Positions 52,614-63,533 of a DNA stretch of 64,000 nucleotides are shown here, piece after piece. Numbering within the stretch: position 1 is the first letter of the stretch; each line of letters begins with the position of its first letter. The notes under the pieces are model-generated. The model made no database searches. It was given only the letters and a program-made list of their open reading frames with translations, and had not been told where the DNA came from. The position numbers and the translations under genes were made by a program. Origin of the DNA: Synechococcales cyanobacterium VAR_4_metabat_354 (GTDB taxonomy: Bacteria; Cyanobacteriota; Cyanobacteriia; Cyanobacteriales; Chamaesiphonaceae). The stretch spans positions 1-64,000 of the forward strand of contig JANOQI010000033.1 in NCBI GenBank assembly GCA_031414775.1, written 5' to 3'.

Positions 52614-52686
52614 CGATGAATCGCACTCATAGCTTGGTTTGGAGAATCAGCTCCAGTTGGTTTAAACAGGGGTCTCGATACTAAAT

Positions 52687-54009
52687 ATGGGGACTGTAAA
52701 TTCCTCCATTCAAGAAATTGCCCCCCGGCTAGCTGTGATTTTCTTGCTCATTGCGATTAATGCTTTCTTTGTGACAGCAGAATTTGCGGTGGTCTCCGTC
52801 CGCCGATCGCGGATTAACCAGTTAGTACACAGTGGTGATCTGCGCGCGCGCTCTGTCCAAAAATTGCAGGAACAGCTTGATCGGCTACTGTCCACTACCC
52901 AACTGGGTATCACCCTCTCCAGTTTGGCTTTGGGCTGGATTGGGGAGAGAGCAGTCGCTCAATTTATTGCACCAGCATTAAGCAACTGGCTAAGCGGTAT
53001 CTATGTGGCTCATTCTTTAGCCATCATTTTGACTTTTTCACTACTAGCTTATCTACAAATTGTGTTGGGAGAATTGATTCCTAAATCGATCGCTTTGCTA
53101 TATGCCGAGCAACTAGCGCGAGTGTTGGGCGCTCCGAGTTTAACTATTGCTCGGATTTTTCGGCCTTTAATTTGGGTGTTGAACCAATCTACCAACGTCA
53201 TTCTGTGGCTGATCGGGGTTAAAGATACAGACCCGATGCGTCACCGGGTGTCTTCTCAAGAATTGCAGTTGATGATTGCAACCGATCGAGAATCTATTGG
53301 GCTAGAAACTAATCAACGCAAGATTCTCAGCAAAATCTTTGCCCTCAATACCGTGACGGTGGCAGAAGTGATGGTACCCAGACCCCGCATGACCACGGTC
53401 CCCGCGACCGCCACTTGGCGGCTAGTGATGGAGCAAGTAGCACAGACCAATTTTTCACGCTACCCAGTTACGGGCATTTCTACTGACGAAATTATTGGAA
53501 TTATTCATTTTCGCGATTTGGCGAAGCCCTTAGCGGCTGGCCGGATTAGCTTAGATAGCCCCATCAAATCTTTGATTCGTCCGCCGGTTTTTGTGCCGGA
53601 AGCTACTTCGATCGATGAACTAATTCTGCAAATGCAAGCCTCCGGCACCGCGATGTCCATGGTTGTAGATGAGTATGGGGGCATTGTGGGTTTACTAACT
53701 CGCAAAGATGTTATTGCTAAAATTTTAGGCGAGCAAAAAGAGGACTATCCTAAACCCAGCCCAATTTTACCGGCGGGCAAAGATACTTTTTTGGTGCAGG
53801 CGCAGATCAATATTAGCGAACTGAACAATAGTCTCCAGCTCAACCTCCCGCTAGCTGATGAGTATCAAACTCTGGGCGGCTTTCTCATGTACAGATGGCA
53901 ACAAATGCCCCAAATTGGGGCACCCTTAAAGTATCAAAACCTCGAACTAACAGTAGTACTCACTGATGGAATGCGGCTCGATCGAGTGCGTATTCATCGC
54001 GGGTCGTAG
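52687..54009 (+). CDS. CNNM/CorC-family (hemolysin-like) CBS-domain transporter
   Basis: NAFFV.AEFA.V, QLGIT, GELIPK, MVPR, FSRYPV, VVDEYGG, TLGG. Confidence 0.93.
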   Translation: MGTVNSSIQEIAPRLAVIFLLIAINAFFVTAEFAVVSVRRSRINQLVHSGDLRARSVQKLQEQLDRLLSTTQLGITLSSLALGWIGERAVAQFIAPALSNWLSGIYVAHSLAIILTFSLLAYLQIVLGELIPKSIALLYAEQLARVLGAPSLTIARIFRPLIWVLNQSTNVILWLIGVKDTDPMRHRVSSQELQLMIATDRESIGLETNQRKILSKIFALNTVTVAEVMVPRPRMTTVPATATWRLVMEQVAQTNFSRYPVTGISTDEIIGIIHFRDLAKPLAAGRISLDSPIKSLIRPPVFVPEATSIDELILQMQASGTAMSMVVDEYGGIVGLLTRKDVIAKILGEQKEDYPKPSPILPAGKDTFLVQAQINISELNNSLQLNLPLADEYQTLGGFLMYRWQQMPQIGAPLKYQNLELTVVLTDGMRLDRVRIHRGS

Positions 54010-54677
54010 GGCAAGGGATCTGATAGTTCTAACTCAGCAAAGGCCGCCAGCCGAAGCCGACAAGAATCACAGACCCCACAAGATTGCTCGGTGCCGCTAT
54101 AGCATGACCAAGTATCTGCCCAGGGCACTCCTAATTGGTTGCCCAGCAAGATAATTTCGGTTTTGCGTAGTTGAATGAGAGGTGCCTCAATCGTAATTGG
54201 TTGACCCTCTCGTCCCTGCTTAGTTCCTAAGGTAAACACGGTCTGCATCGCCTGAATATAATCCGGGCGACAGTCGGGATAGCCGGAGTAGTCCAGAGCA
54301 TTCACACCAATATAGACCCGCTCGGCACCAATGGTTTCGGCATAGGCCAGCGCAAAGCTCAAGAAAATCGTATTTCTAGCTGGGACGTAGGTAACGGGAA
54401 TATCGGCGGCCATTTGGTCTAAATCGCGATCGATCGGTAAGTCGATTGATCGATCGGTCAAAGCCGAGCCACCCCAACGTTGCAGGTCAAAGTTTATGAC
54501 TTGATGTTCCACCACCTGCGCAGCTGTGGCAATAACTTGGGCGGCCACCAGTTCGCGCTGGTGGCGCTGTTGATAATCAAACGACAGGGCATAGCAACTG
54601 TAGCCATCCTGGCGAGCTTGATATAAAACAGTGGATGAATCGAGTCCACCGGAGAGGAGAATAACTGCTTTAGGCAT
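53994..54677 (-). CDS. queC: 7-cyano-7-deazaguanine synthase
   Basis: LLSGGLDS, TYVPARN, YPDCRP, TWSCY, CGVCDSC. Confidence 0.98.
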   Translation of the reverse strand: MPKAVILLSGGLDSSTVLYQARQDGYSCYALSFDYQQRHQRELVAAQVIATAAQVVEHQVINFDLQRWGGSALTDRSIDLPIDRDLDQMAADIPVTYVPARNTIFLSFALAYAETIGAERVYIGVNALDYSGYPDCRPDYIQAMQTVFTLGTKQGREGQPITIEAPLIQLRKTEIILLGNQLGVPWADTWSCYSGTEQSCGVCDSCRLRLAAFAELELSDPLPYDPR

Positions 54678-54897
54678 GAACTTGGTAAAAATCTACAAAA
54701 ATTAGGTAGAGAGAAAACGTGAAGAATCACTTACAATTGGATGGTTGCACTTAACAATTTGCAACAAATAGGTTAACTAGATTGGAACACTAAGTCTCAA
54801 TTCTTGGTCTCCTAGAAATAATGGCTACTGAGGTGGTCTCTGGGATAACTGGATCAGGGTTCTATCAAGTGGTGTTGGTGGAGGAGTTATATTTAAG

Positions 54898-55962
54898 GTG
54901 AAACATAACATGTCAGCAAGACAAATAAATGGACAGCTGCGTACACAAATGACAATGCCACAACAACCACTAAGAGTGGGGTTGATTGGCGTTGGTAGCA
55001 TGGGTCAACACCATGCTCGGGTTTTGAGTTTACTCAAAGGCGTTAAATTTGTGGGCATTGCCGATGTCAATGTTGAGCAAGGTCTTGAGACCGCCAGCAA
55101 GTTTCGGGCACGTTTCTTTGAAGACTATCAAGAATTAATTGAACATGTCGATGCTGTCTGTATCGCTGTCCCCACCCGTCTTCATTACGAGGTGGGTATT
55201 AAATGTCTAGAAGCTGGTATTCATGTTTTAATCGAAAAGCCGATCGCCGCCACCATCGAAGAAGCTGAAGCCCTCGTCAATGCTGCTGCCGAATCTCAAG
55301 CGATTCTACAAGTTGGCCACATCGAAAGATTTAATCCGGTGTTCCAAGAACTGAGCCAAGTGCTGAAAACCGAAAAAGTTTTAGCACTAGAAGCTCACCG
55401 AATGAGTCCATATTCTAACCGCGCCAATGATGTGTCGGTGGTTTTGGACTTGATGATTCATGATATTGATCTGTTAATGGAACTAGCTGGTTCCTCGGTG
55501 GTAGGTCTCACCGCTTGTGGTAGTCGGAGTGGCGAATCTTCTAGATATTTGGACTACGTGACCGCGACCTTGGGTTTTGCTAATGGGGTAGTGGCGACTT
55601 TAACAGCGAGTAAGGTCACTCACCGCAAAACCAGAAGTATCACAGCGCACTGTAGTCATTCGCTGACCGAAGCTAACTTCTTAAACAATGAGATTTTGAT
55701 TCATCGTCATCATGCTGACAAGCTCAATGAATATCATCAGGGTCTATATCGTCAGGATGGATTGATTGAGAAGGTCTATACCAGCAACATTGAGCCACTT
55801 TATGCCGAGTTAGAGCATTTTGTGAACTGTGTCCGCTGTGGTAATCAGCCATCGGTGGGTGGTGAGCAAGCACTGAAGGCTTTGCGGCTAGCGATCGATA
55901 TTGAGCAAATGGCTCTGGATGGTAAAGTCTGGCAACCGGCGCTGGCTGCTGTTCCTGTCTAA
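54898..55962 (+). CDS. Gfo/Idh/MocA family oxidoreductase
   Basis: GLIGVGSMG, EKP, GHIERFNP, DLMIHDID. Exact start uncertain. Confidence 0.92.
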   Translation: MKHNMSARQINGQLRTQMTMPQQPLRVGLIGVGSMGQHHARVLSLLKGVKFVGIADVNVEQGLETASKFRARFFEDYQELIEHVDAVCIAVPTRLHYEVGIKCLEAGIHVLIEKPIAATIEEAEALVNAAAESQAILQVGHIERFNPVFQELSQVLKTEKVLALEAHRMSPYSNRANDVSVVLDLMIHDIDLLMELAGSSVVGLTACGSRSGESSRYLDYVTATLGFANGVVATLTASKVTHRKTRSITAHCSHSLTEANFLNNEILIHRHHADKLNEYHQGLYRQDGLIEKVYTSNIEPLYAELEHFVNCVRCGNQPSVGGEQALKALRLAIDIEQMALDGKVWQPALAAVPV

Positions 55963-55997
55963 GATTGTATCAACTATTCATATTGTTAATTAATAAC

Positions 55998-56031
55998 AAC
56001 CCCAGCTTTTACTAAAACTGGGGTATTTTTT
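55998..56031 (+). terminator. Probable intrinsic terminator
   Basis: cccagctttt-act-aaaactggg followed by a T-run. Confidence 0.6.
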
Positions 56032-56181
56032 GTCGGTAAAACCGCAACCAGCATCTGTTTCCTGGTAGCAAGCTTTAGAGTGAAATTAATTCAATTTTTG
56101 GAGTGTGAGGATGATGGGTTTATTTTTAGCCAATGGGCGAAAAAATTCATGTAATCCATCCCCAGCGGAACCGCCATATCA

Positions 56182-57243
56182 TCAACATTCAGATCGCGAA
56201 TCTCCCTCATACAAATTCATCACTTCCGTAATTGGTAATCGCGACTGCACTGCCAAATCCAACGACGACACATGACCGCGACCCAGATGATCCGCTGCCG
56301 CACACCCGATCATCGCGGCATTATCTGTACAAAACTTCAGCGGCGGAAAAATCACCCGCCAGCCTTGAGCAGCCCCGGCCTCTTGTAAATGCTGACGCAA
56401 ACAGCTATTCGCGGCCACTCCACCGCCCACCGTAATGGTCGTTAAGCCATAATCCAAAGCACAATTCATGACCCTTTTAGTAAGCGCCCGCGCCACGCTG
56501 TGTTGAAAACTAGCCGCGATATCTGCCACCGGCAACTCTGGCTCAGTCAGTTCTAACTTTTGTACCAACCGTAACACCGCAGTCTTCACCCCACTAAAAC
56601 TAGAATCGTAACGATGAAAACCACCCGTGGGCAGTGAGACGTTACCTTCGGGTAAGGGATATTTGAGCGGATTGCCTTGAATGGCCATTCGATCGATCTC
56701 TGGCCCCCCCGGATAGGGTAGTTTCAGCAACCGAGCTACCTTATCAAAAGCCTCCCCAGCCGCATCATCGCGAGTTTCGCCCAACTGTTCGTAAACGCCA
56801 CAATCTTTCACATAAATCAAACTAGTATGCCCACCCGAAACCAACAAACTTAAAAATGGCGGCTGTAAATCTGGCTCGCTCAGATAGTTCGCATAAATAT
56901 GACCTTCTAGGTGATGCACCCCAATCAAAGGTTTATTGTGTAAAATCGCCAAAGTTTTAGCCGCCGTCATCCCAATCAGCAAAGCACCCACCAAACCAGG
57001 TGCTGCTGTCACGGCCACCCCATCGATCATAGGCCAACCCATCCCAGACTCAGTAAGGGCTTGGGCAATTACATGATTCACCGTTTCCAGATGTTCGCGG
57101 GAAGCAATTTCTGGAACGACCCCGCCAAAAGGGGCATGAGTAGAGATTTGGCTAGCCGTTACCTGACTCAGAACTTCACGTTTATTTACAATTGCCACTG
57201 AAGTTTCGTCACAACTTGTTTCAATCGATAAAACTGTTGGCAT
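56182..57243 (-). CDS. tsaD: tRNA N6-adenosine threonylcarbamoyltransferase TsaD
   Basis: [47 protein letters not shown]. Start adjusted to ATG 57243. Confidence 0.98.
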   Translation of the reverse strand: MPTVLSIETSCDETSVAIVNKREVLSQVTASQISTHAPFGGVVPEIASREHLETVNHVIAQALTESGMGWPMIDGVAVTAAPGLVGALLIGMTAAKTLAILHNKPLIGVHHLEGHIYANYLSEPDLQPPFLSLLVSGGHTSLIYVKDCGVYEQLGETRDDAAGEAFDKVARLLKLPYPGGPEIDRMAIQGNPLKYPLPEGNVSLPTGGFHRYDSSFSGVKTAVLRLVQKLELTEPELPVADIAASFQHSVARALTKRVMNCALDYGLTTITVGGGVAANSCLRQHLQEAGAAQGWRVIFPPLKFCTDNAAMIGCAAADHLGRGHVSSLDLAVQSRLPITEVMNLYEGDSRSEC

Positions 57244-57400
57244 TAGCTGATAATTTATTGTCAGATGGTTCAGTACTATATCCACCATAGCTCAACTTTC
57301 AGCTGAGTTATTTGGGCATAGTGCCTATATCAAGATCAAAGCACCATTTGGTGTTTTGTACATAAAACTTTGTGTTTTGTTGCAAAAGGAAACAATCGCG

Positions 57401-57898
57401 ATGCGGAAAATTTTAGGTATTATTTTTGCTGTCTGTTTGTGGTTTAACTTTGCGCCTTCAGTTGATGCTTCTGAAGTAGCTGGGTTAGTACCTTGCAGTG
57501 AGTCTAGCGCGTTTCAACAACGGGCGGCGAATGCACGGAACACGACATCAGACCCTGATTCGGGTAAAAAACGTTTTGAACGTTACTCTCAAGCTCTTTG
57601 TGGTCCAGAAGGTCTACCTCATCTCATCGTAGATGGTCGGCTCGATCGCGCTGGTGACTTCCTAATTCCTGGCGTGATGTTCTTATACATCGCGGGTTGG
57701 ATTGGTTGGGTAGGCCGTGCTTACATCATTGCTGCTCGGAAGAGTGGTAAAGCTGAAGAAAAAGAAATCATCATCGATTTACCTTTGGCAGTTAGCTGCA
57801 TGGCTCAAGGTCCCCTCTGGCCACTAGCCGCCTTTAAAGAGTTTGCCTCTGGTGAACTGATTGCCAAAGAATCAGAAATTACTGTTTCTCCCCGCTAG
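57401..57898 (+). CDS. psaF: Photosystem I subunit III PsaF
   Basis: [42 protein letters not shown]. Confidence 0.98.
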   Translation: MRKILGIIFAVCLWFNFAPSVDASEVAGLVPCSESSAFQQRAANARNTTSDPDSGKKRFERYSQALCGPEGLPHLIVDGRLDRAGDFLIPGVMFLYIAGWIGWVGRAYIIAARKSGKAEEKEIIIDLPLAVSCMAQGPLWPLAAFKEFASGELIAKESEITVSPR

Positions 57899-57940
57899 AA
57901 ATAGTTTTTGACTTACGACATCAATTTTGGAGAACCATTC

Positions 57941-58066
57941 ATGGATCACTTCGTTAAATTCTTGAGCACTGCACCAGTAGTAGCTACCCTATGGATGACC
58001 GTTACCGCCGGGATTTTGATTGAATTCAATCGCTTCTTCCCCGATCTCCTCTTTCATCCTTTGTAG
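57941..58066 (+). CDS. psaJ: Photosystem I subunit IX PsaJ (absent from the ORF track)
   Basis: Translated by hand: [41 protein letters not shown]. Confidence 0.97.
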   Translation: MDHFVKFLSTAPVVATLWMTVTAGILIEFNRFFPDLLFHPL

Positions 58067-58069
58067 TGG

Positions 58070-58107
58070 ATGATGAGAAGTAGTGCTAGTTCACTATTTC
58101 TCATCAT
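58070..58107 (+). promoter_or_regulatory. Strong stem-loop between psaJ and psaL
   Basis: atgatgagaagtagtg-N6-cactatttctcatcat. Confidence 0.6.
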
Positions 58108-58137
58108 AATATTTATCTTTTATTAGAGAGGTTCCTA

Positions 58138-58611
58138 ATGCCTAATCAAGTTGTAACTAATGTTGGCGATAGCCAAATCGGCAACCTAGCAACTCCGGTC
58201 AATGCTTCCGGTATTGTTAAAACTTTTATCGGCAATTTGCCTGCTTACCGCCAAGGTCTATCGGCACAACGTCGGGGCTTGGAAGTAGGCATGGCACATG
58301 GCTATTTGCTCCTCGGCCCTTTCACTTTGCTAGGTCCACAGCGTAATGGTGAACATGCTCACCTATCAGGTTTGTTGGCGACTGTTGGATTGATAGTCAT
58401 TCTCACTGTTTGTCTGTCCCTATATTCCAGCGTGATGCCTGCTGCTCCTTTAGCGAGTGTTACTGTTCCCAAGATGCCTGCTGACTTACAAGGTCAATCG
58501 GGTTGGAATGAATTTACTACTGGCTTTTTGATCGGTGGAATGGGCGGTGCTGGTTTTGGCTATTTATTATTGGCTAATATCCCCATGCTCAATAGTTTGG
58601 CTCCTTTTTAA
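58138..58611 (+). CDS. psaL: Photosystem I subunit XI PsaL
   Basis: GNLATPVNAS, FIGNLPAYR.GLS..RRGLEVGMAHGY. Confidence 0.97.
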   Translation: MPNQVVTNVGDSQIGNLATPVNASGIVKTFIGNLPAYRQGLSAQRRGLEVGMAHGYLLLGPFTLLGPQRNGEHAHLSGLLATVGLIVILTVCLSLYSSVMPAAPLASVTVPKMPADLQGQSGWNEFTTGFLIGGMGGAGFGYLLLANIPMLNSLAPF

Positions 58612-58636
58612 AAGTTGTAGTTCAAACATGTTTTGC

Positions 58637-58669
58637 TAGAGGCGTAACCAAATACGCCTCTAATTTTTT
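58637..58669. terminator. Intrinsic terminator after psaL
   Basis: tagaggcgta-accaaa-tacgcctcta followed by a T-run. Confidence 0.85.
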
Positions 58670-58679
58670 GGTTTCCAAT

Positions 58680-60371
58680 TCATCCGAAAAATTTATCTAA
58701 CTGTTCTTGCCAAATAAACTGCAGCAAATAGCGTAGTCCCACTAAACCACTCAATCCAGCTAAGCCAAAACAACACCAAACCCAAATGATTTGTGAAATG
58801 GGGAGCAATAATATTCCGGCTACCAAACTAAAGGCGCTGACAAATAGATACACCAGGCTGCGCCCTGCCAACTGCAAACGTTTCAATAATTTGGCCTGAG
58901 CGATCGATCTAGCAGTCAACTCGGCTTCTGTTTCTGCTAATTGATCTTCTAACTGCTGAATCAATGTGGTGGCATCGGCATTGCCTCGCAGTCGCTGAGT
59001 AATAAAGTTGCGAGCCTGTTGACCAATGCGCCGTCCGATCGTCTTCCGCTCAGATATAACAATCCGCCTAATAAAAGGCTGGGCGGCGGCGACCAAGTTA
59101 TATTCTGGGTCTAAAGTGCGGGCGATGCCGTCCAAAGTCGAAAGCGCTTTCAAAATAGCAACCATCTCTGATGGTAACCGAAAGGGTTGCTGAGCATACA
59201 TATTGGCCACCTCTAAGCGGATTTCCTCAAGCTCCTGCATATTGACCGGTCGTTCGGTAAATCGATCGAGCAAAAAGCTAATTACTTTCTTAATCGGTCG
59301 CATATTTTCGACTTCGACGAGTAAACCCATGGCAGTCAGATTCTGCACCACAGCTGCCGAGTCTTTCCGAATAATTGACAAGAACGTGTCAATCATCTGC
59401 TCTTTGGCATTGGACGGCAGCTGGGTCATCATCCCAAAATCATAGACTGCTAGCTTACCCTCGCTAGTAATGGCCATATTGCCGGGATGGGGATCGCCTT
59501 GGAAAAAGCCATCAATCATCAGTTGTTGCAAATAACAGCAAATTCCGATTTGATTGATTTTCGCTGGCTGAAAACCAGCTGCGATTAATTCTTCCTTTCG
59601 ATCGATCTTAATACCCGGTAGATAGGACATGGTGAGAACTTTGCTAGTCGTCAAGCGCCAGTAAATAGTCGGGGCAATCACCATCTTTTGGTGGCGAAAA
59701 TTATGCCGGAATCGATCGGCATTTTGGCCTTCATTTACATAGTCAATTTCTTGAAATAACAGGGTGAAGAAGTCTTGATAAATAGCGGTTAGTCCGTAGG
59801 TGCGCGTCCAGGGAAACCTACTTTCACAGAACTGCAATAGCTGCTGTAAAATCTGAAAATCCAGCTGAAACAGTTCTTCTAAGCCCGGTCGCTGCACTTT
59901 TACCACCACCAGCTCGCCACTGTGTAGCCGAGCCAGGTGAACCTGACCCAAACTAGCAGCAGCGATCGGCTGAGGTTCAAATTCTTGGTACAGCTGGCCT
60001 AAAGGCTGGCCGAACTCTCGTTCAATAATCTTGATCGCAGTAGCAGTGCTAAAAGCTGGCACCCGATCTTGGAGCTGAGCCAAAGCTTCCACGTACGCAG
60101 TTGGTAGCAAATCGACCCGCGTGGAGAGAGTTTGACCAATTTTAATGAAGGTTGGTCCTAACCTAATCAAAGTATTAACTAATTTCTGAGCCGGGCGGCG
60201 TTGACGCTGAGGACGATTTTTATTGAGTAATAAATCGGTGGAAATGAACAACAACACATCGCCCAATGCCTGAAAAATTTTGATCTGACGCTGCAATGGC
60301 AAGAGCTTTTTGGTAATTCGATGGCGGTTGGTCACCAAATCAGCAGAATTGATAGACTGCTGCCTAGTCAT
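58680..60371 (-). CDS. ABC1/UbiB atypical kinase
   Basis: LGPTFIKIGQ.LSTR.D, AAASLGQVH, VVVKVQRP, DPHPGN, DFGM. Confidence 0.95.
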   Translation of the reverse strand: MTRQQSINSADLVTNRHRITKKLLPLQRQIKIFQALGDVLLFISTDLLLNKNRPQRQRRPAQKLVNTLIRLGPTFIKIGQTLSTRVDLLPTAYVEALAQLQDRVPAFSTATAIKIIEREFGQPLGQLYQEFEPQPIAAASLGQVHLARLHSGELVVVKVQRPGLEELFQLDFQILQQLLQFCESRFPWTRTYGLTAIYQDFFTLLFQEIDYVNEGQNADRFRHNFRHQKMVIAPTIYWRLTTSKVLTMSYLPGIKIDRKEELIAAGFQPAKINQIGICCYLQQLMIDGFFQGDPHPGNMAITSEGKLAVYDFGMMTQLPSNAKEQMIDTFLSIIRKDSAAVVQNLTAMGLLVEVENMRPIKKVISFLLDRFTERPVNMQELEEIRLEVANMYAQQPFRLPSEMVAILKALSTLDGIARTLDPEYNLVAAAQPFIRRIVISERKTIGRRIGQQARNFITQRLRGNADATTLIQQLEDQLAETEAELTARSIAQAKLLKRLQLAGRSLVYLFVSAFSLVAGILLLPISQIIWVWCCFGLAGLSGLVGLRYLLQFIWQEQLDKFFG

Positions 60372-61609
60372 TAGGGCACTCCCAGGGGCAGAAATATTTC
60401 AAAACAGGTGATGGCCAACTGTCCATCGGCGGGCTGTTCTGCTAAGGGGAGACTACTCACCATAATTTCACCTTGTAAATGCTGTACTAAGGACTTCACC
60501 AATGCTAATCCTAGGCCAGTACCACCGATCGCCTGTTGGGTCACGCCTTGACCCCGCCGGAACTTACTAAAAATATAGATTTGTTCCTCGACGGTGATCA
60601 GCTGACCGTGGTTTACGACCCGGATTGCTAGTCGCTCTCCAGTGATTACCTGGAACTCTACCGTGGTAAGAGGCTCAGCAAACTTCCCAGCATTGGTCAA
60701 TAATTCTTGCAGAATACGACTAATACTCTCTGGTTCAGTCTGCCAGTTCCAAGCTGCGGGCAGGTCAACCCGAAGCTGGAGCTGTTTGCTAGCCCAGGTT
60801 GCTTGAAACTGTTGCAGCAAGGGCTGGACTAATTCGGGTAAATTTACTAGCTGTCGATCGAACTCCAGTTGTTTGGACTCCAATTGCTGGAGGGTCAGCA
60901 AGTCATTAATTAAATTAATTTCTTGGGTACATTGCTGTTCCACAATTTCCAGATATTTAGTGCGCCGCGCTTCATCCAAATCGGGCTGTCGCAGCATCCG
61001 AATTGCCAGCGACATACTAGTGAGTGGAGTGCGCAGTTCATGGCTAATAGTGCTGATGAATTCATCCTTAATCCGGTTACTTTCATCCAGTTGTTTAATC
61101 CGGCGCCGGTTAGCATCTTGCAATTTAGACAACAAATTTTGGCTGCTTTTCAATTGAGCCGTGCGCTCATCAGCAAGTGCTTGCACCTGACGCATCGATT
61201 GCTTGGAAACTTCTACTTGCTGCTGAAGATGAGCCTGGGTAAAAGTCAAGGCCAGCAAATTGGCAATGCCCCTTAAATTTTCTTGGTCAACCGTTGTCCA
61301 ATTCTCCTGAAATTTGGCCACCGCCAAAAGCCCTTGGGCGACAGCAATCCAGATCACCTGATAACCAGCCAGCTCCAAGGCTTCCCCTGCGATAGCTGTT
61401 TGGATGCTGGTATATAATTGCGCTGCATTCAGGTCTGGTCGATCGTTATAGACCACCACCTGACCAGACATTGGCCACAGCCAACAGGTATCTGCTGCCC
61501 AAAACTTCGTCAAGCACTGGCCAACTTGGAGGAGATTGGTGGAGTTGGAATTCCCCATAATACTCACCAGCTGGCGGCTAAGTTGATCGATCGCGGTGGG
61601 ATCTGACAT
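60371..61609 (-). CDS. Sensor histidine kinase with degenerate GAF-like N-terminus
   Basis: ISHELRTPL H-box, ELLTNA N-box, GTGLGL G-box; TAATG overlap with the ABC1 gene. Confidence 0.92.
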   Translation of the reverse strand: MSDPTAIDQLSRQLVSIMGNSNSTNLLQVGQCLTKFWAADTCWLWPMSGQVVVYNDRPDLNAAQLYTSIQTAIAGEALELAGYQVIWIAVAQGLLAVAKFQENWTTVDQENLRGIANLLALTFTQAHLQQQVEVSKQSMRQVQALADERTAQLKSSQNLLSKLQDANRRRIKQLDESNRIKDEFISTISHELRTPLTSMSLAIRMLRQPDLDEARRTKYLEIVEQQCTQEINLINDLLTLQQLESKQLEFDRQLVNLPELVQPLLQQFQATWASKQLQLRVDLPAAWNWQTEPESISRILQELLTNAGKFAEPLTTVEFQVITGERLAIRVVNHGQLITVEEQIYIFSKFRRGQGVTQQAIGGTGLGLALVKSLVQHLQGEIMVSSLPLAEQPADGQLAITCFEIFLPLGVP

Positions 61610-61752
61610 GAATATCTAGATTGATGGTGGACTCGCCCAATAGTATCTATACTATTCCCAAGTTTATGATTGACAGTCGAATTTCTGGGCAAAAATCGCC
61701 GATCGGCTGATAATAAGAAGGGATTTCTGCCAGCAGGTCTGCTGCTTTTTCT

Positions 61753-62094
61753 ATGTTACTAAAGTCTACAACCAGACACATTCATATCTACACCGCCGAA
61801 ATTAAAGATAATGAGTTGCAGCCCAGTGACCAAGTCCTCACCCTAGATGTTGATCCCGATAACGAGCTAGTTTGGGGCGATGACGATCTGCAAAAAGTGT
61901 ACCGCTACTTTGATGATTTGGTGGAAGCCTATAGCGGTCAAGACTTGACTGAATATAATTTACGGAAGATTGGCTCAGACCTGGAGCATTTCGTGCGATC
62001 GCTGCTCCAAAAAGGTGACATTAGATATAATCTCAACAGTAGAGTATTGAACTACAGCATGGGCTTACCACAAGTGGCAAATCCAACTGTATAA
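61753..62094 (+). CDS. ndhM: NDH-1 complex subunit M
   Basis: LKSTTRH..I, LTLDVDPDNE, YNLR.IGSDLEHF, LNYSMGLP. Confidence 0.97.
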   Translation: MLLKSTTRHIHIYTAEIKDNELQPSDQVLTLDVDPDNELVWGDDDLQKVYRYFDDLVEAYSGQDLTEYNLRKIGSDLEHFVRSLLQKGDIRYNLNSRVLNYSMGLPQVANPTV

Positions 62095-62447
62095 GTCATG
62101 ACGGTATTGATTTCTGTCCCATTCTTGATCGTCTCGTTTATGCAACTTTTCATATCTTCTAATTCCCCATAGACCTTCCCTAGAGATGGCTGGGGCGTTT
62201 TTCCGGGACTAGCCAATAGCGGCATAACGCAAATGTCGAGTCTAAAAGTTACGCCTTTTGTCTCATGAATTTTAAACATGCTTCGGCTATTCTAATTTTG
62301 ATAGGTAAGAGTAGCGACATTTTTCATTCCTTCAATAGGTTTGATAACCCTTTTAAAACTGATATAAAACCGAGTTACTAAATTTTAAATCCACTTTTTC
62401 AATAGACATTGAAGTTGCTCCCACCCTGTTTACTTAATTTTATTGGC

Positions 62448-62482
62448 TGTCCCTAGCGCTTCCCAGTGCCAGGGACATTTTT
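62448..62482 (+). terminator. Intrinsic terminator-like hairpin in a long intergenic region
   Basis: tgtccctagcgct-tccc-agtgccagggaca followed by ttttt. Confidence 0.6.
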
Positions 62483-62505
62483 ATTGAGTAGTAAAGTTTC
62501 TAAAA

Positions 62506-62665
62506 CTTCACGGCACCGGGCGATGGAGACTGATATACTGAGAAAAATTTTCAGAATGGGGAAAGCTTGGTGAAAATCCAACACTGTCCCGCAGCTGTGA
62601 GGAGAGCGCTCGTCTCTAAGTCAGAATGCCCGCTGAAAAATTAATCCTATCTGCGAGGCACAGGT
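62506..62665 (+). promoter_or_regulatory. Cobalamin (B12) riboswitch
   Basis: GGGAAagcttGGTGAAAATCCaacaCTGtCCCGCAgCTGTgA and B12 box AAGTCAGaAtgCC, upstream of cbiM. Boundaries approximate. Confidence 0.9.
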
Positions 62666-62750
62666 GATAATTACTAAAACCATTGAGTTTTGGAATCGGT
62701 GAACTACTGAGTTAGATTCGTCTCCACTTCATACCTTCACTGAAACCATC

Positions 62751-63533
62751 ATGAAAACAAAACGTCAAAAACTGGCATCTTTATCAGCGATGCTGGGATT
62801 AAGCTGTTATCTAATTCTTGGCTCCCCTCCCCCAGCCCACGCCATGCACATTGCGGAAGGATATTTACCTATCCAGTGGGCAGCATTTTGGTGGTTAGCA
62901 GCATTACCTTTCTTTTTATTAGGCTTACGTTCTATTAATCGCATTACTCAAGCACATCCGGAGCTTAAGCTGCTCTTGGCTTTGTCTGGAGCTTTTACAT
63001 TTGTTCTTTCGGCGCTCAAAATCCCATCAGTTAACGGGAGTAGCTCCCACCCTACTGGAACTGGATTAGGGACAATTCTGTTTGGCCCACTGGCCATGTC
63101 GGTAATGGGAGGATTAGTGTTGTTATTTCAAGCGGTACTCCTTGCCCACGGCGGACTGACCACTTTAGGTGCCAATGCGTTTTCGATGGCGGTTGTCGGT
63201 CCAATGGTCGCTTATGTTGTCTACAATGCAATCGCCCGCACTGGACACCAGAAGATTGCCGTATTTATGGCCTCAATGCTAGAAGATTTGTGTACTTATT
63301 TGGTGACTGCGGTGCAGTTGGCTTTGGCTTTTCCGGCTGTCCAGGGTGGGTTTATGGCTGCTTTTATCAAATTTGTAGGTGTTTTTGCAGTTACCCAAAT
63401 CCCCTTGGCGATCAGTGAGGGTTTATTGACCTTGTTAGTATGGAACTGGCTCCAAGATTATGGTCAGCAAGAATTGAAAGTACTCCAACTGTTTCAAAAG
63501 GGAAATAATTTAAATGCGGAAGTTACCGATTAA
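62751..63533 (+). CDS. cbiM: Cobalt ECF transporter S component CbiM
   Basis: Signal-like region then [41 protein letters not shown]. Confidence 0.96.
   Translation: MKTKRQKLASLSAMLGLSCYLILGSPPPAHAMHIAEGYLPIQWAAFWWLAALPFFLLGLRSINRITQAHPELKLLLALSGAFTFVLSALKIPSVNGSSSHPTGTGLGTILFGPLAMSVMGGLVLLFQAVLLAHGGLTTLGANAFSMAVVGPMVAYVVYNAIARTGHQKIAVFMASMLEDLCTYLVTAVQLALAFPAVQGGFMAAFIKFVGVFAVTQIPLAISEGLLTLLVWNWLQDYGQQELKVLQLFQKGNNLNAEVTD

Noticed and set aside
62052..62279. 75-aa minus-strand ORF after ndhM
   Set aside because: It overlaps the ndhM 3' end and has no recognisable motif. It could be a remnant but is not supportable.
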